A program made the translations under genes and the position numbers. 64,000 bases of DNA. It comes from Ostrea edulis. Its lineage: Eukaryota. A model generated the notes under the pieces. It was not told where the DNA came from, ran no database searches, and saw only the letters and a list, made by a program, of their open reading frames with translations. Positions 60,808-64,000 of the stretch are shown one piece after another. The stretch's first letter is position 1, and each line of letters begins with the position of its first letter. The stretch covers positions 21,762,001 through 21,826,000 of the forward strand of contig NC_079170.1 in assembly GCF_947568905.1 (NCBI RefSeq). Reading direction: 5' to 3'.

Positions 60808-63430
60808 AACCTGTCACACTGTCATGATTTATACTACGATTTCCCACTAATTATACTAAGTTAAAATCGCCGTTATGCGCCAGGTTTGTGTTGCGATTCT
60901 TCTATAGACGGTACAATTTTCAAATCAAGAACATTACAAATATGATGTCTGTTAAACAATGTACGATGTTTGTGCGATAATAGGTCGATATATGGCGATT
61001 CTTGTACGAATTACGTAACGAACAAGTTGAGATCTTTCTACGACTTTGTAAGATAAAAGACGAATTAATACGATACTCTTACGAATGACCGTGGAATCGT
61101 TCGAAACTTACACGATATTCCTATGAATTGTTACGAGTTGAAACGAATATATATATATGGTGTAAGTATATATATATAGGGTTGTTTGAAATTCTATATT
61201 AATGCATCGAAGTTGATGATTGTGATAGAGACAGTGAGGAGGCTGGCATTGCAGCGCAATGTTTGGTGGAATTTGAACAAAATGGTGCTGAAAATGACGA
61301 GATAATTGTCCAATTATTACACATTGAGCACACACAAAGACAAGGAAGGGACGATATTTGATAAGACCTTGGATCTCCAGACGCACTCAGTGTGGATATT
61401 TTGATTGTTTGCTGAGAAAACTTGAAACTGAGGACGAACTATCATTCAAAAACTTCCTTAGGGTTGAGCCAAATATTTTTCCCGAGCTTGTCGACAGACT
61501 GAATGCCAGATTACAAAGAAATGACACATGGTTCCGAAGGGCTTTGGAACCTGGATTAAAGTTAGCCATAACACTTTGGTATTTAGCAACAGGAGAGTCA
61601 TACACAAGTCTAATGTACGGATTTCGAGTTCCACACAGAACGATTTCTTTGCTCGTTCGAGAAGTTTGTGAAAGTATAATAGCAGAATATGCTGATTAAG
61701 TAATCGCATGTCTATATCGACTACACAGGAGTGGGAAGAGATAGCTGTGAAGTTCAGAGTTAGATGGAATATATCAACTACACAGGCGTGGGGGCAGATA
61801 CTGAGAAGTTCAGAGTTAGATGGAATATATCTACTACACAGGAGTGGGGGCAGATACTGAGAAGTTCAGAGTTAGATGGAACTTTGGTCATGTTCTTGGT
61901 GCTTTGGATGGGAAGCATATTGCTGTAAAAGGCCGCGAAATGGAGGTACACTCTATCACGACTACAAAGGGTTCCACTCTCTCATTCTTGTAGGGCTTGT
62001 TGATGCTGATTTTAAGTTATTTGGGTTGACGTACATATATAGTGTAGGTACAAATTGACGGCTCTGCAATAGAACTAAAATATGCAACTGAAAATAAAAA
62101 TATTGAATTTTCAGAGGCTGTCCCTCTTCCATATGATGACAGAGACATCCCCTATTTCGTTATTGGTGATGATGCCTTCTCTCGCAGAGCATGGCTCATG
62201 AAACCATTTGCAAGAAGGAACTTAACCAATGAAGAGCTTGTATTCAACTATAGACTTGGAAGAGCAGTTCGCTGTAGAAAATGCTTTTGGAATACTCGCC
62301 AAAAGATGGCAATCCCTTGCGCCAACATTTCATCTATTGTACATGATCCTTTGGGGATCCGGGTTAGAATAGGTCCCCGGTGCCCCTTGCTTGTCGTAAG
62401 AGGCGACTAATTGGGGCAGTCCTTCGGATGAGACCGTAAAAACCTAGGTCCCATGTCACAGCAGGTGTGGCACGATAAAAATCCCTCCCTGCTCAAAGGC
62501 CGTAAGCGTCGAGCATAGGACTAAATTTTACAGCCCTTCACCGGCAATGATGACGTCTCCATATGAGTGAAAGATTCTCGAGGGGAACGTTAAACAATAT
62601 AAAATCAATCTATCAATTGTGTTAGCATGTTGTTGTCTGCACAATTTGATAAGATTCCTATTACGGAAATCTTGATCAAGAAGACAATAATTACCATGTG
62701 GTCCCAGGGGCCTGGAGATATTATGCTAACCTTACAGATTTGGACAACACTGTTGGATGCAATCTAGCATCTAAAGCAGCAAAAACACAGAGGCTGTATT
62801 TAAACCACTACTACAATTCAGCAATAGGGGCGGCTCCCTGTGAAAGGTGAAGATAACGAACAGTTTCTTTTTGTTTTCTCTTATTTCCATTCTTCCTTGA
62901 TGACATTTTTATTTTTGACGAGGTTTAGACAACTTTCTATAATTCAACGCGTCCATTCATTGGTCGTACAGACTCGTATTGCACTCGTCATCAATCGTCT
63001 GTTTACGTAGCGTATTCGTCATCAATCGTCTGTTTACGTAGCGTATTCGCCATCAATCGTCTGTTTACGTAGCGTATTCGCATCAAATCGCATTGCAATC
63101 CTATTTATTCGAGGAAATATTCGCAGTACGTTCGAGGTGACTCGAAGGACATTCGCAGTGTCACAAGTACTACGAATTTCCGCGAGTGTTCTACGAATGT
63201 TGAAGATTAGCTACGAATATGTGTACACGAGTGCAGTGCGAGTGTATCTCGATGATTTACGATTGCTAACAACTCGTACAGTGAACATGCTCAAAACAAT
63301 TGCCGCGTCTGCCGATTTGCTGCGATGTAGGAAGCTGGCCAACGGCGATCTCTACGATAAACCTCGAATTACTGCGATTTTTGAATTCGTAAGCTAACGT
63401 ATCTCAAAATCCTGCCACCCAGTGAAAGTT
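60808..63430 (+). mobile_element. PIF/Harbinger element with a pseudogenised DDE transposase
   Basis: FKNFLRVEP..LEPGLKLAITLWYLATGESY..FRVPHRTIS; GALDGKHI; YHDYKGFHSLIL..VDAD; YFVIGDDAF..LMKPF..FNYRL; VENAFGILA; PGAWR..QRLYLNHYYNS. Left TIR aacctgtcacactgtc; the right end is degenerate. Confidence 0.88.
62353..62612 (+). mobile_element. tRNA-derived SINE, full length, inserted in the Harbinger transposase
   Basis: GGGGATCCGGGTTAGAATAGGTCC head, central GGTCCCATGTCACAGCAGGTGTGGCACGATAAAAATCCCTCCCTGCTC, (ATCA)n-like tail. From memory this resembles the Meta/MESC domain of mollusc SINEs; unverified. Confidence 0.9.
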
Positions 63431-64000
63431 CGTATAATATAAGATATTTTTGCCACGGAGTAACATATGTAAGGTAAAAATGTGCAAGACGGAGAAATCT
63501 TAGTAATTTAAAAAAAATATATAAAAAAAATGGAAACCTGCATACTACGTAGCGGCGCCAACAGGATAGAAATTTCGTGTAATTACTGACAAATGATATG
63601 ACTGTACAAAATTATTAGTCATTTATTCTAATATATTTATGATTTTTCTCATTTCTCGACATCTTTAGATCAGGTTAAGGATGCCTTTAGCATGCCAGCA
63701 ATTCTTTATTATTAATTTTTTATCAACGACGATCAAAAAGGCAAAAACCACAATGAATATGCCAGAAATAACATGTGCAACCAACGCATGCAGGTTTTAA
63801 CGAAAAATCATTTCACACTGCAGACAAAAATATGTACAGAACATCAGCTGTCAACGAATGGAATTCATATCTCTAATGTAATTTTTCTGTTGAATATGGT
63901 GACAGATTTGTGCCATTTTACAATTTGTCGTGTTTTTATTACTCCGAGGCGAAAAGACGACAAAACGATAATTAGCGACTTTTCGCCTCGAAATTAAGAA

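Noticed and set aside
63640-63830. Hydrophobic minus-strand stretch as exon 1 of paralog C
   Set aside because: No ATG-to-donor combination with phase 1 was found; exon 1 probably lies beyond the window.

Overview
AT-rich, repeat-dense eukaryotic DNA with four N gaps. The repeat families suggest a bivalve (oyster-like) genome; this is inference. Host genes: (1) a tandem pair of 2-exon, 443-aa proteins on + (24296-27914, 37363-42470), each carrying two LRAT/PLAAT (NlpC/P60, H-box/NC) modules. Module 1 keeps NCEHF; module 2 has NDSSHY (Cys->Ser). The pair lies in a direct segmental duplication (~21705-30600 / ~30601-44650). (2) Three paralogs on - of a small CYYR1/Shisa-like single-pass protein (Tyr/Cys ectodomain, TM, Pro-rich tail): A complete (4898-19949), B degenerate (~45531-46637), C exons 2-4 (59498-60678). 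The ORF track does not reveal these gene models. In A and B, a splice junction of intron 2 has been amplified into a minisatellite (donor array in A, acceptor array in B). Mobile DNA: a full-length decayed Gypsy element (237-bp LTRs, GTACA TSD) inserted 28 bp before the start codon of LRAT copy 2; two related solo LTRs; two Harbinger elements; mariner and Tc1 relics; a Kolobok-type and other MITEs; Penelope-like 3' fragments; a CR1/L2 tail; a Crypton-like relic; and tRNA-derived SINEs. There are many VNTRs, including a 7-kb satellite with higher-order structure. No rRNA, functional tRNA or CRISPR array was seen. All calls were made by eye, without database searches.
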